In this document: piece by piece, positions 39,651 to 53,064 of the stretch
Position numbering within the stretch: the stretch's first letter is position 1
How the letters are laid out: the number at the start of each line of letters is the position of its first letter
Source of the DNA: Camelus dromedarius
Lineage: Eukaryota
Direction: 5' to 3'
DNA: 64,000 bases
NCBI RefSeq assembly: GCF_036321535.1
Contig: NC_087437.1
Location: 91,328,001-91,392,000, forward strand
Program-made: the position numbers and the translations under genes
The notes under the pieces: model-generated
Seen by the model: the letters and a program-made list of their open reading frames with translations, nothing else
The model's database searches: none
Told to the model about the DNA's origin: nothing

Positions 39651-41029
39651 CATCCCCATCCTAAATCTCCCCTTTTTATCTTATTGATGGGTTAACCCAT
39701 TATTATGGTAAAATGTTTTCTCTGCTTTTAATATACTATTTTGCCTTTGTTACATGTTTTCCATATTCTATAAATTATGTTATTTATTAATAAATTTTTT
39801 CATGTTAGTAGGAATGAAGTTAATTTGATGATGAGACTATAAATTGGTAACAGTTACTAGGAAATTATTTTAGCGATATGCATAGGCCCCTCTGATGTAT
39901 TATGTTCTTTAGCTTGCTAATTTTAAGTTTTGGCAATTTTCTTAATTCTGTTTCAGAACATTAACACAAAGAAATGGGAAATGCAAAAGAATTTATGCAT
40001 AGACATATATAAATCATATATATTTTTTATTTCTTAGTGGAAAGTTAAAAATAATCAGAATATTGAGCTGAAAAGAAATAAGGTACTCCTCATTCTTGTT
40101 AATATTCTGCCAGTAAACATTGCAAACAATGGGTCTTTAATATCATGCAAAAATTAACTATACATCCTAAGTGAAATTATGCAAAAACATGATAGGTACT
40201 CAATAAATATTTTTCAACTGTTCAAAATGTTTATGCAACAATTATTAAAGCCAAACATCAATAAATTGTGTTTTCTTCAGAATTATAGCTCTTGACTTGA
40301 ATCTTGACTTGATTCTCTATGAGTGAGGTGAATTGTCTTTTCCATGTGGATGCATGTTATAGTATTTATAGAAATATACTTTTTTTTTTAATTCATCTCT
40401 TAAAGTTTCTTTTAAATAAGTATATGTGATACTGGGGGTGGGGTGAAGGAAGCATTGTTTTTCATCGGTATCATCAGATCCCAATAAAATTTGATCATAC
40501 AGAAGTTGTCAAATGGATATATTTGAGTGAAATTAATTTTGTCATCTGCTATAGGACTTCAATAAATACCTATGGGCTGCCTCAGGCTTCTAAAAAGTGT
40601 TAAAGATTCCTTATGATAACTAATCTAATAACCACCAACAATAGAATGAAAGATTTCTTCACAAACTATTAGCCCTTCTTCTTTTTCACAGCTTTATTCT
40701 GGTCACAATTATCAAAGGGTAACTGTCAGATAGGTATATCTCTCAAAAATAACAGTAAATACAACATACAAGACAATGTAAAATGCCGACTACACTTGTT
40801 ACTTTTAAATGTATATTATTACAACAAATAGCAGAAAAATACCTACTTCTAAAAACATGAGAAGAAATTTCATCTCAGAAACAGTATGTTCATCATCCAC
40901 ATGTTTATTCTTATTTTTTGTGGATGAAAAGACACAACTGTGTTTGTAATAAACTCTGACCCTTCCCCTTTTTATTTTCTAACAGAGTTATATAAAATGT
41001 GAACTATTTCTTCCTTAAAATGTGATATA

Positions 41030-41300
41030 GTTTATAACCATCTGGATCTGTTGTTTTCTTAGTGGGAAGAATTTGGTTATGAATTCTTTTTTTTAATATA
41101 TAGCTATTCAGATTTTCTGTTTTTTCAATTTCAGTAAACTGTATTTTTCTAGGAATTATCTATTGTCTTCAAGTTAGTAAATTTATTTGCAAAAAGATGT
41201 TCATAATAGTTCTCATTGTATTCTTTTAATGTCTGTAGGGTCTATGGTAAATATCTACCCCCTCACACATTTTCTATTTCCTTTTCTCTCTCTATTTCAT
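41030..41300 (-). mobile_element. Old L1M ORF2 fragment
   Basis: accatctggatctg (antisense SPGPDG-type motif), tttttctaggaattatctattg and gttcataatagttctc. Confidence 0.65.
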
Positions 41301-42864
41301 TTTTTCTGAGTGTAACAGGTTATTTTTGCTAAACTCTGAAAGTACTGCAGTTTTTGTTCTTACACATTCTTTTTAACACTTGGTGTCATCAGTTTTTAAA
41401 AATAATTTAGCCATACTAGTGAGTAATAATAACCAATATTGAACAATTTTTATGTTTGTTTACAATCTGTACTTCTTATTAGCAACAAATAATATTCAGT
41501 GAGAACATAACAGAAGTACACAAGCATGCTGATTTATTTAATCAGAAGAAATTATTTATTAAAAAAGCCAAAGAACAGATATTTAATGCAAAAATATTAA
41601 TTTTAAAAAATTCTCTACAGTAAAAGCAATGTAATATTATTTGAGAAAGGGAGAGAGAGTGGGAGAGATGTAGAGAAATATTGGACATATAAAAGATTTG
41701 TTGCTTTATTTAAATGCTAAACAGAGGCTGCCTAAATTACCTTGATAGGTTTTATTTGTATATTTCTATGCTAAGATGTGTTTTGTTGATGGTTTTATAC
41801 ATTTGCATGACAAATTTACTATTTTTCTGCCTTCTTTTCAGAATATTTCATCTGTGAAAACTTGACTATAATGAGTCTACACTGGTCTTGTTAATTTTGT
41901 CTCTCCCATTCTAAATTATTTCTTGTGCATGTCTGTTTCTTTATAAATTACTTCCCTAAAACTCTTAATTCATTTATTTCTAAAATATCAGATATTCTGC
42001 AACTGAAGTGAATTTCAGATGCTTATAACTTAAGAACACTAGTATTTGTGTGTGTGAAAGAAAATGTTAATTAAGGCATTTTTTCCTCTTCAGCCAGGAT
42101 TGATTTCAGCCCAACTACTTTTAGAGTTTTACCTTAAAATAGACCTTTTCAGGACCACTGATAATTGCATTCCCTGTGGAGATAAGAAGTAAGTCCCAGA
42201 ATCCAGATATGGCTTCATATCTGAACTGTGCTTCTGAGCCAAGGTGAGGAAGATGGGCAACTGATTGGCCATGTGCCACGTTGATAGCAAGACTCGCTTG
42301 CTTTTCCATTGTTCTCTGCTGAGCTCTGAAATCTCATTTACTCTGAAGGACTGCGGAAAAGGGATTGTACCTGAATGACAGTAGCAGTGATAGTCAAAGG
42401 GCAAGAGGGAAAAGTCATATATTCTTGCATTATTGGCACCTATTCCTGAAATATTGATAAATTGACTTTAATTGACTAATGAATATATTTTCTTATGTCT
42501 TTAGTCTTTCTACATCCTGATACATTTTCTCATGTAGTTCACTGTCTGCTCAGTTCCTAGGCTGTCCCCAGATCTAATTAGCTCTTACATACTAGGCTAA
42601 CCTCTCCTTTCTCTAAACTGTAATTGTCTATTGATATTAATGGGTCATCTATTACCTCTGATGCAACAGAAAAATAAATCTAGTCTCTTATTCATGTTGA
42701 AAACCCTAAATAATATCAATGCAATGATCAAATTGCCTTCTAGGTCTTCTTTTCAGATTAAGTTTGACCAATTCCTTTAAATCTGCTTACCTGGACAAGA
42801 TTTTCTGCAATCAGGGTTACCTTACCTGAGACTGTGTCACTTGGACACTGTCTTAAGGTCTATA

Positions 42865-43745
42865 TGAAGGGTCCCTTTTCTCCACATCCTTGCCAACACC
42901 TGTTAGCTCTTGTCTTTTTGATGATAGCCATTTTAACAGGTGTGAAGTAATATTTCACTGTGGTTTTGATTTGCATTTCCCAAGTGATTAATGATGTTGA
43001 GCATCTTTTCATAGGCTTTTTGGCCATCTGTATGTCTTCTTTGGAAAAATGTTTATTCAGTTCTTCTGCCATTTTTTTAAATGATCCGATTGTTTGAATT
43101 CTTTTATTGATTTCTATGAGTTCTTTGTATATTTTGGATATTAGCCCCTTATCAAAATACACACTTTGCAATTATTTCCACTATTCTATAGTTTCCTATT
43201 CATTGTGTTAATTGTTTCTTTTGCTGTGTAGAAGTATTTTGATGTGTCCCACTTACTGAGTTTTGCTTCTGTTGCTTGTGTTTTTGATGTCATATCCAAA
43301 AAAATCATTGCCAATACCAATGTCAAGGAGATTTTTCCCTGTGATTTTTTTTCCCTCAGGGGTTTTACAGTTTCACATTTCATTTTTAAGTCTTTCATCT
43401 ATTTTGAGTTAATTTTTGTGAGTGGTGTAAGATAAGTGTCCAGTTAGGAGTCCAATATCATTTTTGTGCATGCAGTTACCCAGTTTTCCCAATACCAAAC
43501 ATTGATAAGACTGCCCTTTCCCCATTGAGCATTCTTGGCTTTGTCAAATGTAAGTTAACCATAGATGTGAGGGTTTATTTCTGGGCTCCCTGTTCTGTTC
43601 CAGTGATCGTTGTTTCTGTTTGTATACCAGTCCCATACTCTTTTGATTACTATAAATTTGTAATATAGTTAGAAATCAGTAAGTGTGGTGCTTCCAGCTT
43701 TATTCTTCTTTCTCAGGGTCTTTTGTGGTTCCATACAAATTTTAG
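42865..43745 (-). mobile_element. L1MA9-like element, inverted 5' portion (ORF2)
   Basis: ORF2 peptides DKGLISKIYKEL...CWQGCGEKGP on the minus strand. Confidence 0.92.
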
Positions 43746-43981
43746 TGCACTGCTTGTTGGAATGTAAATTGGTACAGTCACTAAGGAAAACAGTATGGAG
43801 GTTTCTCAAAACATTAAAAATAGAACTACTTTTGATTCAATAATTTCACTTTTGGGTATATATACAAAGGAAATGAAAACAGGATCTTAAAAATTTTAAT
43901 ATCTGCACTTCTATGTTTATTGCACTATAGTTTACCATAGCCAAGGGATGGAAATTACCTAAGTGACTATGTGGATAAAGA

Positions 43982-44015
<34 letters not shown>

Positions 44016-44587
44016 TGTGGCAAGCTCTGTATGCACACACACACATATACATACATACACATACATACATATTGGAATATTACTCAGCCATGAAAAATAA
44101 GGAAATCTAGCCATTTGCAAGAACATGGATGAACCTTGAGGGCATTGTGTTAAATGAAATAAGTCAGGGGAAGAAAAATACTCTATGATATCACTTATGT
44201 GTAAGTATTTAAAAAGCTGAATTTGGACAGAGAGTAGAATGATGGTTACCAGGGGCTAGAGAGTGGAGGAGATGAACAGATATTGGTCTATTGATCAAAG
44301 GGTACAAATTTACAATTAGAAGACTAATAAGTTCTGGGGATTGAATTAATGCACAGGATGATGACTGTAGTTAATAATACTGTATTATATACTTGAAAGC
44401 CACTGACAGAGTAGATCTTAAATATTCTCACTATGGAAAAAAATGGTAATTATATGATGAGATGAAGGCACTAGCAAAGCCTGAGGTAGTAATCATTTTG
44501 CAGTGTATGTGTGGCTCAAATCAACATCTTCTACACCTTAAATGTACACAATATATGTCAATTATATCTCAGTAAAGCTGGAAAAAA
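43745..44587 (+). mobile_element. L1MA9-like element, non-inverted 3' portion with 3' UTR
   Basis: Begins gtgcactgcttgttggaatgtaaattgg; ends tatgtcaattatatctcagtaaagctggaaaaaa. Confidence 0.92.
43982..44071. repeat. (TG)n / (CA,TACA)n compound microsatellite inside L1
   Basis: Directly visible. Confidence 0.95.
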
Positions 44588-47500
44588 GTTTATACAAAGT
44601 AGTCAAGAAATACTTCAGATAAGTTCTTCAAAATGCCAGGTAAAAAGAAGAGATAATGAAGATGTAGCACCACCAAAGAGTCAACATTTTAGGATTAAAC
44701 AACTTAAAAAAAGACACCTAAGGACGATTAAGGATTGGCACATTTGGAGGGCTGACTGATTTTTGAAAACATTGCATTTGTGAGAATGGAACCTTGAATA
44801 GAGATTATCAATATCTGGGAATTCTTCAACAGGACAGTGGGAGATGAGCTAGACCTAGAGATATGAGTAGGTTTTTATAGATGATTTTAAGTGCTGCCTA
44901 AGTCACAAGGACATTTATTTATTCTAAATGAAATCATCCTACTCAATGTCCCTTCTGTTTGATGTTTTTGCAAGTGAAGGGTGATGAGGAGAGCAGGGAT
45001 TGGCATGTGGCAGTACAGCAGGTGCTAAACAAACACAGCACATTGTGCTCTTGCACGAAATGCCACGAGAAAAACACCTTCTCCTACTTTCCATATGCAC
45101 ATAAATGCATTATAGATTCCCCGTCCTTAAACAATACAATCCATTCAGTTCTTCATTTACTAGTATAAGTATACTTACATATCTACATTCATGTATAGGT
45201 TTATATTTTTAATGAAATGATCAGCATGGAATTTCACAGGCTTGTAGGAAATTTTATAGTAGGTTTTATAGTAGTTAGGCAATTAGACAAATGAATCTCC
45301 CTCAGAATTATTGTATGCCACAGTTCCTTGAGATATAAAAAGTAAAAGAAGATATATCAATGAATAATTGAATTTTCAGAGAGTGGATGCAGGATATACA
45401 ATATATTAAAATGCTAGTACCATTTTACTTAAAAAAAAATCAGTGAATCCAAGGAAACCTAATTACAAAATATAAAAATAGTTTTCACTATTCTAGAATT
45501 AGGACAAAAGTGTCAGAGACATAACATATTGGTTAAGTGGTAAGGAAACTCAGGCTTATTGGGGGAAAACTTGTAAAGCAAGGAATATTCAACACATAAT
45601 ACAAGCAGTCATCTGTTGTCTACAGAGATGCTGAGTGATATTCTTAACCTGTAAGGTCGAATTACTCACATAGAAACTATCAGAACAATCAAAGAAAACT
45701 CTTTAAATTATTCCTTTGAATTAATGCTGGAGTTTATTTTGTGTAAGACACTACTTGCAGCACATTGGGGATTTCATACCTCTGGAATATAAAGAAGCTG
45801 GTGGCATTTTTGTCCTTGATTTCTGCTTCACGTGTGCACACACTTCCAGAAGAAAAGTGCCAAAATCTAGTCAAGTGGCCGAAAGTGATGGAGACAAGAA
45901 TGAAAGTGCATGATCACTATCCCAAAGAGAGTAAAGTCTCTTCCTCACTGACATTTTGGCAATATGAACTGCAATATACTCTATGGGGGAAAAAATGACA
46001 ATTTCTTGATTGATGAAGAATGTGGTGATGTGGAAATAACTGTGGCAAGCTCTGTCCAATAATTCCACTATATTTCTATCACAGTTAATAAAACTTCAAA
46101 ACCTGAGATGTTGTAGTAAAGTAATTGTAGCATGCTTCTTGGGTGATGGGAAGAACTTTAGTGAATATCTTTTAATATGTACATTTTCTTGCCAAATTTC
46201 TTTAACAGTCTTTAACTTACATATATTTGCTAAGTAAAATGCTATATCCCTTCATTCTTTAATGATTTATGTATTGACTCATAGCCCTACTAGCTAGATT
46301 TCAATGATCTATGTTATTTGTTGTTAGTGATATTTTCAGTAAATTAAATCTCTCGGTCATAGGAAAAATCTGGTTAAATTGTTTGTTTCAGATTTCCCCC
46401 TTTAATATTTTAGCCAATATCCATACAGTTATATTTGATGTATTTCACTCTTCCTGTGTTTTTAAAACAGGGAGTAATCAGAAATTAAAAGCAGCTGTAA
46501 ACACTCAGGCTCAGTAATTTTCTCAGTCACTGAATTCAGTGCACTTAAAGCTAACAAATAGTTTATTGCATTGTGGTCAACATTATGGTAAAAAAAATCT
46601 AATTATTGGATATAAATTTTGAAATATTCCCCGACTTACATTTTTGTTATATTCCAAAAGCTGCAGGCTAAGCGGTTTAGTGCTTTTAAATGCAGATTTT
46701 TTTTTTTTTTCATTCCTCTTAACCACCATAAAAGGTGATTAGTTGTCCAGGCTATTCACAAATACTGTTTACCATGATGTTAAAAAGAATATTATTGATT
46801 GCAGCATTTTCATTATTATTAACAACCGCTCATGAACTGGTTTCCATAGAAAGTATACTATGAATCCTATCAGAGATTGTAAGTCTGTTTTCCACAATGA
46901 AGCAGTGGGAATGGGAATTCCATGGGTTGCTTTGGCAGAAGAAAAGGGATTCCAAAATGAGCTTCCCCAAGGTGACTTCTTTAGGTGAACAGAGATTGGC
47001 CACCAGAGTACTGGGACTATAAGAAGCTAGTATAGCTTATCCATTAATTACCCTTGTAAAAAAGAAAATAAACCTCTAAGTGAGAAATTCTTAAAGGTTA
47101 ATATGTATTCATACCTCCTGCTGCTCTCTGGCTCCCTGGAACCCACACTGATGGGACCCAGCCTATTCTAGAGAGTGCCTCACAGTCAAAATATTACTCC
47201 TTATTCATCTTACTACGATAAAAACTGCCATTCTTTTAGAGAAGATACTTCAGGATAATGTTTTGAGAAGAGATTGGTAAAATAAATTTACAAAAATATT
47301 TGAAGGCTACTAGTATTTCACTGTATTCATACACTTTAGGCTGTATCTGCATTATAATTTCACAGTAGCTTTCTTACTTGTAGAAGGACTTTATGAGCAC
47401 CGCTAATATTATATCATTAATATATGTAGCTTGGTTACATACAAGGTACACTTTGATCCCAAAGTAATATAGGGTTATGCCTTATAAAATAATGAGAAAG

Positions 47501-47989
47501 AATTCAACGCTAATTATTATTTTAATGGCAATTGATAGAAATCTGTATGTCTTGAAACACAGTGCCTTTAGTTCAGAATACCATTGTAGTTTGGTTATCT
47601 TGAGTAAGAATACAACCAATTAAATGATATAAATAAAATTACTTATGTTTATTTTCTAACAAGATGATGGAATTGATAAAAGATAAAAATTTAATTTTTT
47701 TAGTTTAGTGTATTTATAGCATGTAATCATTATTGAAATAGAGTATTTAAATTTTTTTTAAAACAATTCTGCATTTAGAATTTCATCATATCCTCCAGAT
47801 TTTGGGGGGTAAAGTAATTTTTAATCACTTAATTGAATAATCATTTTGAGTTTATTCCTGAGTTAACTTATTAATTGTGAACATATTCATTAACTTACAG
47901 TAATTTAGCATAAACTCTGAGAAGTAATATCTTAGGTAATGATGAGTAAAAACATTTTTGGTTTTGATATAGCACTTAAGAAATAAGAG

Positions 47990-48185
47990 TTAATATTGAT
48001 ATAGTGCTTAATGTGCCTCTGGCACTAATCTGTATGCTTTAACATGTTATTGTATGCAATCTTCACATGGAGTATATGTGATAAATTCTACTGTTATCTC
48101 CATTTAACAAATGAGAAAATTGAGGTACAGAGTGTTTAACTTGACCAAGATTACACAGCTAAGTAAGTGTAGAGACAGGACTATG
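47990..48185 (-). mobile_element. MIR SINE
   Basis: ctgttatctccatttaacaaatgagaaaattgaggtacagag...aacttgaccaagattacacagctaagtaagt. Confidence 0.85.
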
Positions 48186-48188
48186 TAA

Positions 48189-48260
48189 TATATTTTCCCT
48201 ACCAAAGATGTTTTCCAGTGTTCAGGCATAGGAAAATATCCAGGATACTTTTGAAGTCAT
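48189..48260 (+). repeat. Dispersed direct repeat, copy A (partner 50891-50962)
   Basis: Ungapped 59/72 identity by hand alignment, including identical caggatacttttgaagtcat. Confidence 0.9.
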
Positions 48261-48379
48261 CTACCTTAAGAGGATAATCTATCTTAAGGGATGATGTTCT
48301 CAAATACCTAAACACAGAGAAAAAAGACATGCATTGACAATATTTTTTATAACTTATGTGGTGAATTAAATAAGATGTC

Positions 48380-48720
48380 ACTGGAGCAAATGAGAGAAAT
48401 ATGGTGATTTGGTTAAAATGATATTGCTGAATATTTTCAAGGAGGGGGAATGACATGATTCAACCAAAGAGTGGAGAACAGCGACTTGTCAGGCAACAGT
48501 GATAACTCACAGAAATTCAGAGAAAGTTAATGAAATAATGATCAAATTGTGGCAAATGGTAGGAGAACAAATTGGAGACATTTAGAAAATAGAATCCATT
48601 TGTGGTTTGTGGGAGTGAGGAAAGGAATGGGCCAGTGAATAATGACACATAGGTTCTAGACGGGGCAGTAGAGTAATTGCTGTTGATAATTACTCATTTA
48701 GCCAAACTGATGGGAAAACC
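48380..48720 (-). mobile_element. L2 internal fragment
   Basis: ggagacatttagaaaatagaatc...gggagtgaggaaagga...aatgacacataggttctagac. Confidence 0.55.
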
Positions 48721-50890
48721 ATGAGTCCTGGCAAATTTCAGTTGACCTTAGATAAAGGCACACTGTTTTGAGCTATAATATAGGGGATTTTGTATATGTG
48801 AGGGCATGGAGGTAAGTTGGGTTTCACTATGAATACTATACTGTAATTCGATTTTGCATTAACCTAGAATTTTTTAAAATCTGGATTTAAATCAAAGTAT
48901 TATAGGTATAGGCAATTTTGTAAAATCTCATGACATACATAACAAAATGATGGCTTATTGATTATGTACTTCAAAGGTAAGTCCGCTTTTAAAACATTTT
49001 TTAAAATGAATGTGTAGTTTGTGACATTTTTAAAAACAAAAATACTTCTATTTATTTAACTATAATAAGGAGTCATATTTGTATAAAATAATCATGCAAA
49101 TAAATTAATATATTAGAAAATAAATAAAGATTAGAATTAGAAATTAGAAAATAAAGCATTTTCTCCTGCTGTGTTACTCACTGATTACTTACTGCTAATG
49201 AGAATTTTTCCTGCTATCGAATCAGCCTGATTTTGCCTGTACAGAGTTTATACAAACAAATACATTTGTGCCCTTTCCATCTGAAAAATAAGAATAAAAA
49301 TCTCTGAGATGACGAACGTGCTGTTTCCACTTAAATCAAATTTCTCATGGTGTTAAAATGATGTACTTCCCTGATATGGTGCAGCACATGTAAAAGCATC
49401 AACTGTGGCCTGCATTTACTTTGGCCTGTATTTTGTATTTACTGTTAGCTTAAGAAAGTATTGAAAGATGCACGTATTTGATGGCTATCCCTTGATAACT
49501 GTGAGCAGAATGGATTGTGAAAAAGGAAGAGGAAGTAATAGGTTATGATGAAATCTTTCATTCTATTATTGGGGTGGTTATTAGATTAGTTATCATGAGA
49601 AATGTTTAACACTTTCCAGAAGCCTGAAGCTGCTCGTAGATATCTCTTTATGGAAGTTCTATAACATATATCTAAATTAATTTTATTCGAAATGTATTTG
49701 TTAGACACCTTTTTTTACAACCAGTTTTTACTAGGAGCTGAAAATATCCTTGAAAAAGAGTGATTCCCTCCTTCTGAGATAGATTTTCAACACAATACTT
49801 TTTTAAAAATATACTTTTGGCTTAATAATCAGAAATCATAGCTTATGAGTTTAACCAAAGAATTTGCGTAATATTAGCTCCTCCGAGACTTTTTATGAGA
49901 CATCTCTGAAAAATAAATGTAGTTTTAATGGACATTCAATGTACAAAATAGACAATCTAAAATAAAGTGTGCATTATTTACTATGAATCTGTTAATAGAA
50001 AATGGGAAAGTTGATTAATGACACTATAAACATGACCTTAATGGAGCTGGTATTAAAAAAATTTCCAATTAGTTGGATTTCATTAGCTTGCCAAAAGAAA
50101 TTCTCTTGTGTGCTATAGAAAATGTTGCAGAATATTAGAAACCTTTGAATGATATATTATGTTCTGTTGTAGGTTTAAAATTTTAGTGGTGGAAGACAGA
50201 GAGAGAATAATCTGATTTGTGTGTTTGGTCAGATCACTCTATTGATCTTGTACATGATAACATTCTACTTGGCAGATGAAATTGAAAATGAATGTCCAAA
50301 AATGATGCATTTTATTTTCAGTGCAAGTCGTGATTAAAGCTAGAAGTCAGAATGCCAGCAGTTACTATGTCCTAATAGCTGTATTACAAATATTGAAAGG
50401 TAATTCCACGTTACCACGTTCTGCATAGTCCAAAACAAGCAAAATATTTGATTTATGCATGTTCATACCGTAATACAAACAGGCGTATTTCTCCATTGTT
50501 ACATGGAGTTTACCATGTTTAGTTCAGCATAGTAAACTTATTTAAAAGTAGATTCACTTTTTAATTTCAACTCATAAAGCCAGGAAACAAATATTTATAT
50601 AAGGCATTGCAAATTGTGCCTGAACAGCTTAGCTACTCTACACTATGCATTCTCTACTGTGTCATTTTTGTACCTTGTGTTGACTACAAAGTAAGGGTTT
50701 ATACTTGTCCTTTACTACATTTTTTAATATCTTGTTAATAAGAGTTTTATTCATAATTAGGTAAATTTTTACTTACCCCAAACAAGAAATTGCGGGATAC
50801 TTTGTTGTTACTGAATTTTAGGTTATATCTTTCTTAGAAATCTCTTGCATCCATGACAGGAGGGGAATAAATTATAATAATCATTTTGAG

Positions 50891-50962
50891 TATATCTTCC
50901 TTACCAAAGTTATTTTCCATTTTTCAAGTGCAGAAAAATACACAGGATACTTTTGAAGTCAT
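50891..50962 (+). repeat. Dispersed direct repeat, copy B (partner 48189-48260)
   Basis: Same alignment as copy A; offset 2702 bp. Confidence 0.9.
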
Positions 50963-51169
50963 GTAACAATAATTTGAAATGGATTTTAAGTGCACCATTT
51001 AGAGACGTAACATATTTGGATAAGATGGAATGTACAACTAGATATATTTTTGTGTTTATCATTAGTTATAGTACTATATCCTTTAATATATATCTGAAAA
51101 GTGTTTTTTTTTTTTGCTACCTTCCATATTTATTGATCATAAAAAGCTCAATCAAGATAAATCTTAGCT

Positions 51170-51757
51170 AGTGTATTTAACCTTACTCAAAAAGAGTTCT
51201 GGAAAAAAAAAAAACCCTCATTTTTCTGGGAGATAATCTCCAATCCTTTGGAATTTCCTACCTGATAAAATTACTTTGTTTACTGGTGACCTTGAAACTG
51301 CCTGATAGTCTGTACTGACAATAATTTTTGGTAGGACGTTTGAACCAGAAGGTATCAGTCAGACCTCTGGAGAGGTTAGAGGCTAAAGTAGCCGCATGGG
51401 CAGTCAGGCGTGTTTACATGACCAAACCCCACTAAGATTCTAGTTATAGAGCTTCGGTGACTTTCTTGTTGGCCATACTCTATGTGTATTGCTACTGCTG
51501 GGCACTGTGCTGTTCACAGCTCCACTGGAAGAGTACTACTGGAAGCTTCAAACTTGGAACTCCTCTAGACTCTACCCTATGCACCTGTTCCCATGGCTGA
51601 TTTTAACTTTAACTTTTCATTCCATGAAGCAGTGACTGTGATATAACAGCTTTCAGTGCGTTCTGTGAGTCCGAGTGAATTACTGAACGGGAGGACCTTT
51701 GGACATGTAGTTTGTGTGCAGAGTGAGTATAGTCTTGGGGACCTCCAAAGGTTGCAG
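51170..51757 (+). mobile_element. ERVL-class LTR (MER77/MER21-like)
   Basis: ttctgggagataatctc...cctttggaatttcct, gtatcagtcagacctctggagagg and tataacagctttcagtgcgttctgtgagtcc. Confidence 0.8.
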
Positions 51758-51789
51758 AAATCAATATTTTTCTCTTTAAAATTTGGTTT

Positions 51790-51960
51790 TGTGGTAGAAT
51801 TGGAGTTAAGAACAGGTTTCTAGGACAGTTAACGTGGGTCTGTGGATATAGAGAAGCTGTCAAAATTTTGTGAAGATTACATCAGTTAATGTTTTAAAGC
51901 ACTTAGAACAGTGCCTAAAGTAGATTAATCGCTATATAAACATGAGCTCTTATTGTCATC
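51790..51960 (+). mobile_element. MIR SINE
   Basis: ttgtgaagatta...taaagcacttagaacagtgcct tail. Confidence 0.7.
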
Positions 51961-53064
51961 TTTCTTTGACATATAATGTCCTTTAAGAATGACTTGAATT
52001 TAGCAAGTACTAGTTAAAATGTATGTACAGTCATTGTTGTGATCAAGTGATTTTTGGCCAGTCTTCATAGAGTCTCCACTCATCAGGTTTCACTCATGAT
52101 CTTAATGAAAGGATTGAGTTTTCAGCATAGGGGTCTTTATTCTAGGATTTCCTTTCCTGTTGATGTGATAAAGTTTCTGTCCTTGAACCTGCCAGTCACA
52201 GATCTGAATTCATCAATTTTCCCCAATCTTTTTCTGAGATACTTAGCTGAATATTAATTTCTTTAATAGTTATTTCTGTCCTACTTTTGAACAGTCTCAG
52301 AACTTTTTATTCTCTATTCATATAAAATGATATATTGATTTAATTTGTAATCAATTTGTATATAATAAATGCATTGGATTGTCTCTCCAGTCTATCAATA
52401 CATTTAAAATGATTGATAATCTTTATTTGATGATTAAATTTAGTACCTAGAAATCTAATGATATCTCCTAAATTCTTAAAATTCTTATTTATAAGAATAT
52501 CTTATGTATATTCACTTTGATTTATTTTAAATGAATTGCTTGCATAATTTTTAATGATGGGATTATTAATGCCCTTTAGCTATTTGAGAAAAGTATTTTT
52601 ATTATTTGTATAAATCTTCAATATATTTTACCATATAACTGAAATTAATTTTTAATTTTTTAAGTGCATTAGCCAGATAATAGACAAGTGAAAAATAGTA
52701 GTATATTTCCTGACTTCTTGTCAAATTACTTTAAAATATATGTTTCTTCCTTAGGCAATAGTTAGTACATATGGATTTCACTAGGCTAATTTTCAACTAA
52801 TTACTATGTCATTTAATATCAGTGATGATTTTCCTTTTATAAATGAAAAAACTGTTTCTAATGTTTTGTATTCAAAATCACATAATGAATGTACTTCTCA
52901 GGGGGGACTCTTTATTCATTAAATATGTGTTTAATGAATTATCCACATATAATTCTCAGAAAAATGTTTATAATTTGCTTCTAGTAATGCTTACTATTTT
53001 AGTAACCTCGTTCATTTAAGGGTATTTTGGTATATTTTGATTTTCAATTGTCTATACTCTAGAT

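Noticed and set aside
39981..40240. Cluster of ATGCAA(A) motifs
   Set aside because: Post hoc observation in very AT-rich DNA; none is a full octamer.
42785..42830. Two strong minus-strand splice donors about 35 bp apart
   Set aside because: No convincing upstream acceptor; the upstream sequence is L1.
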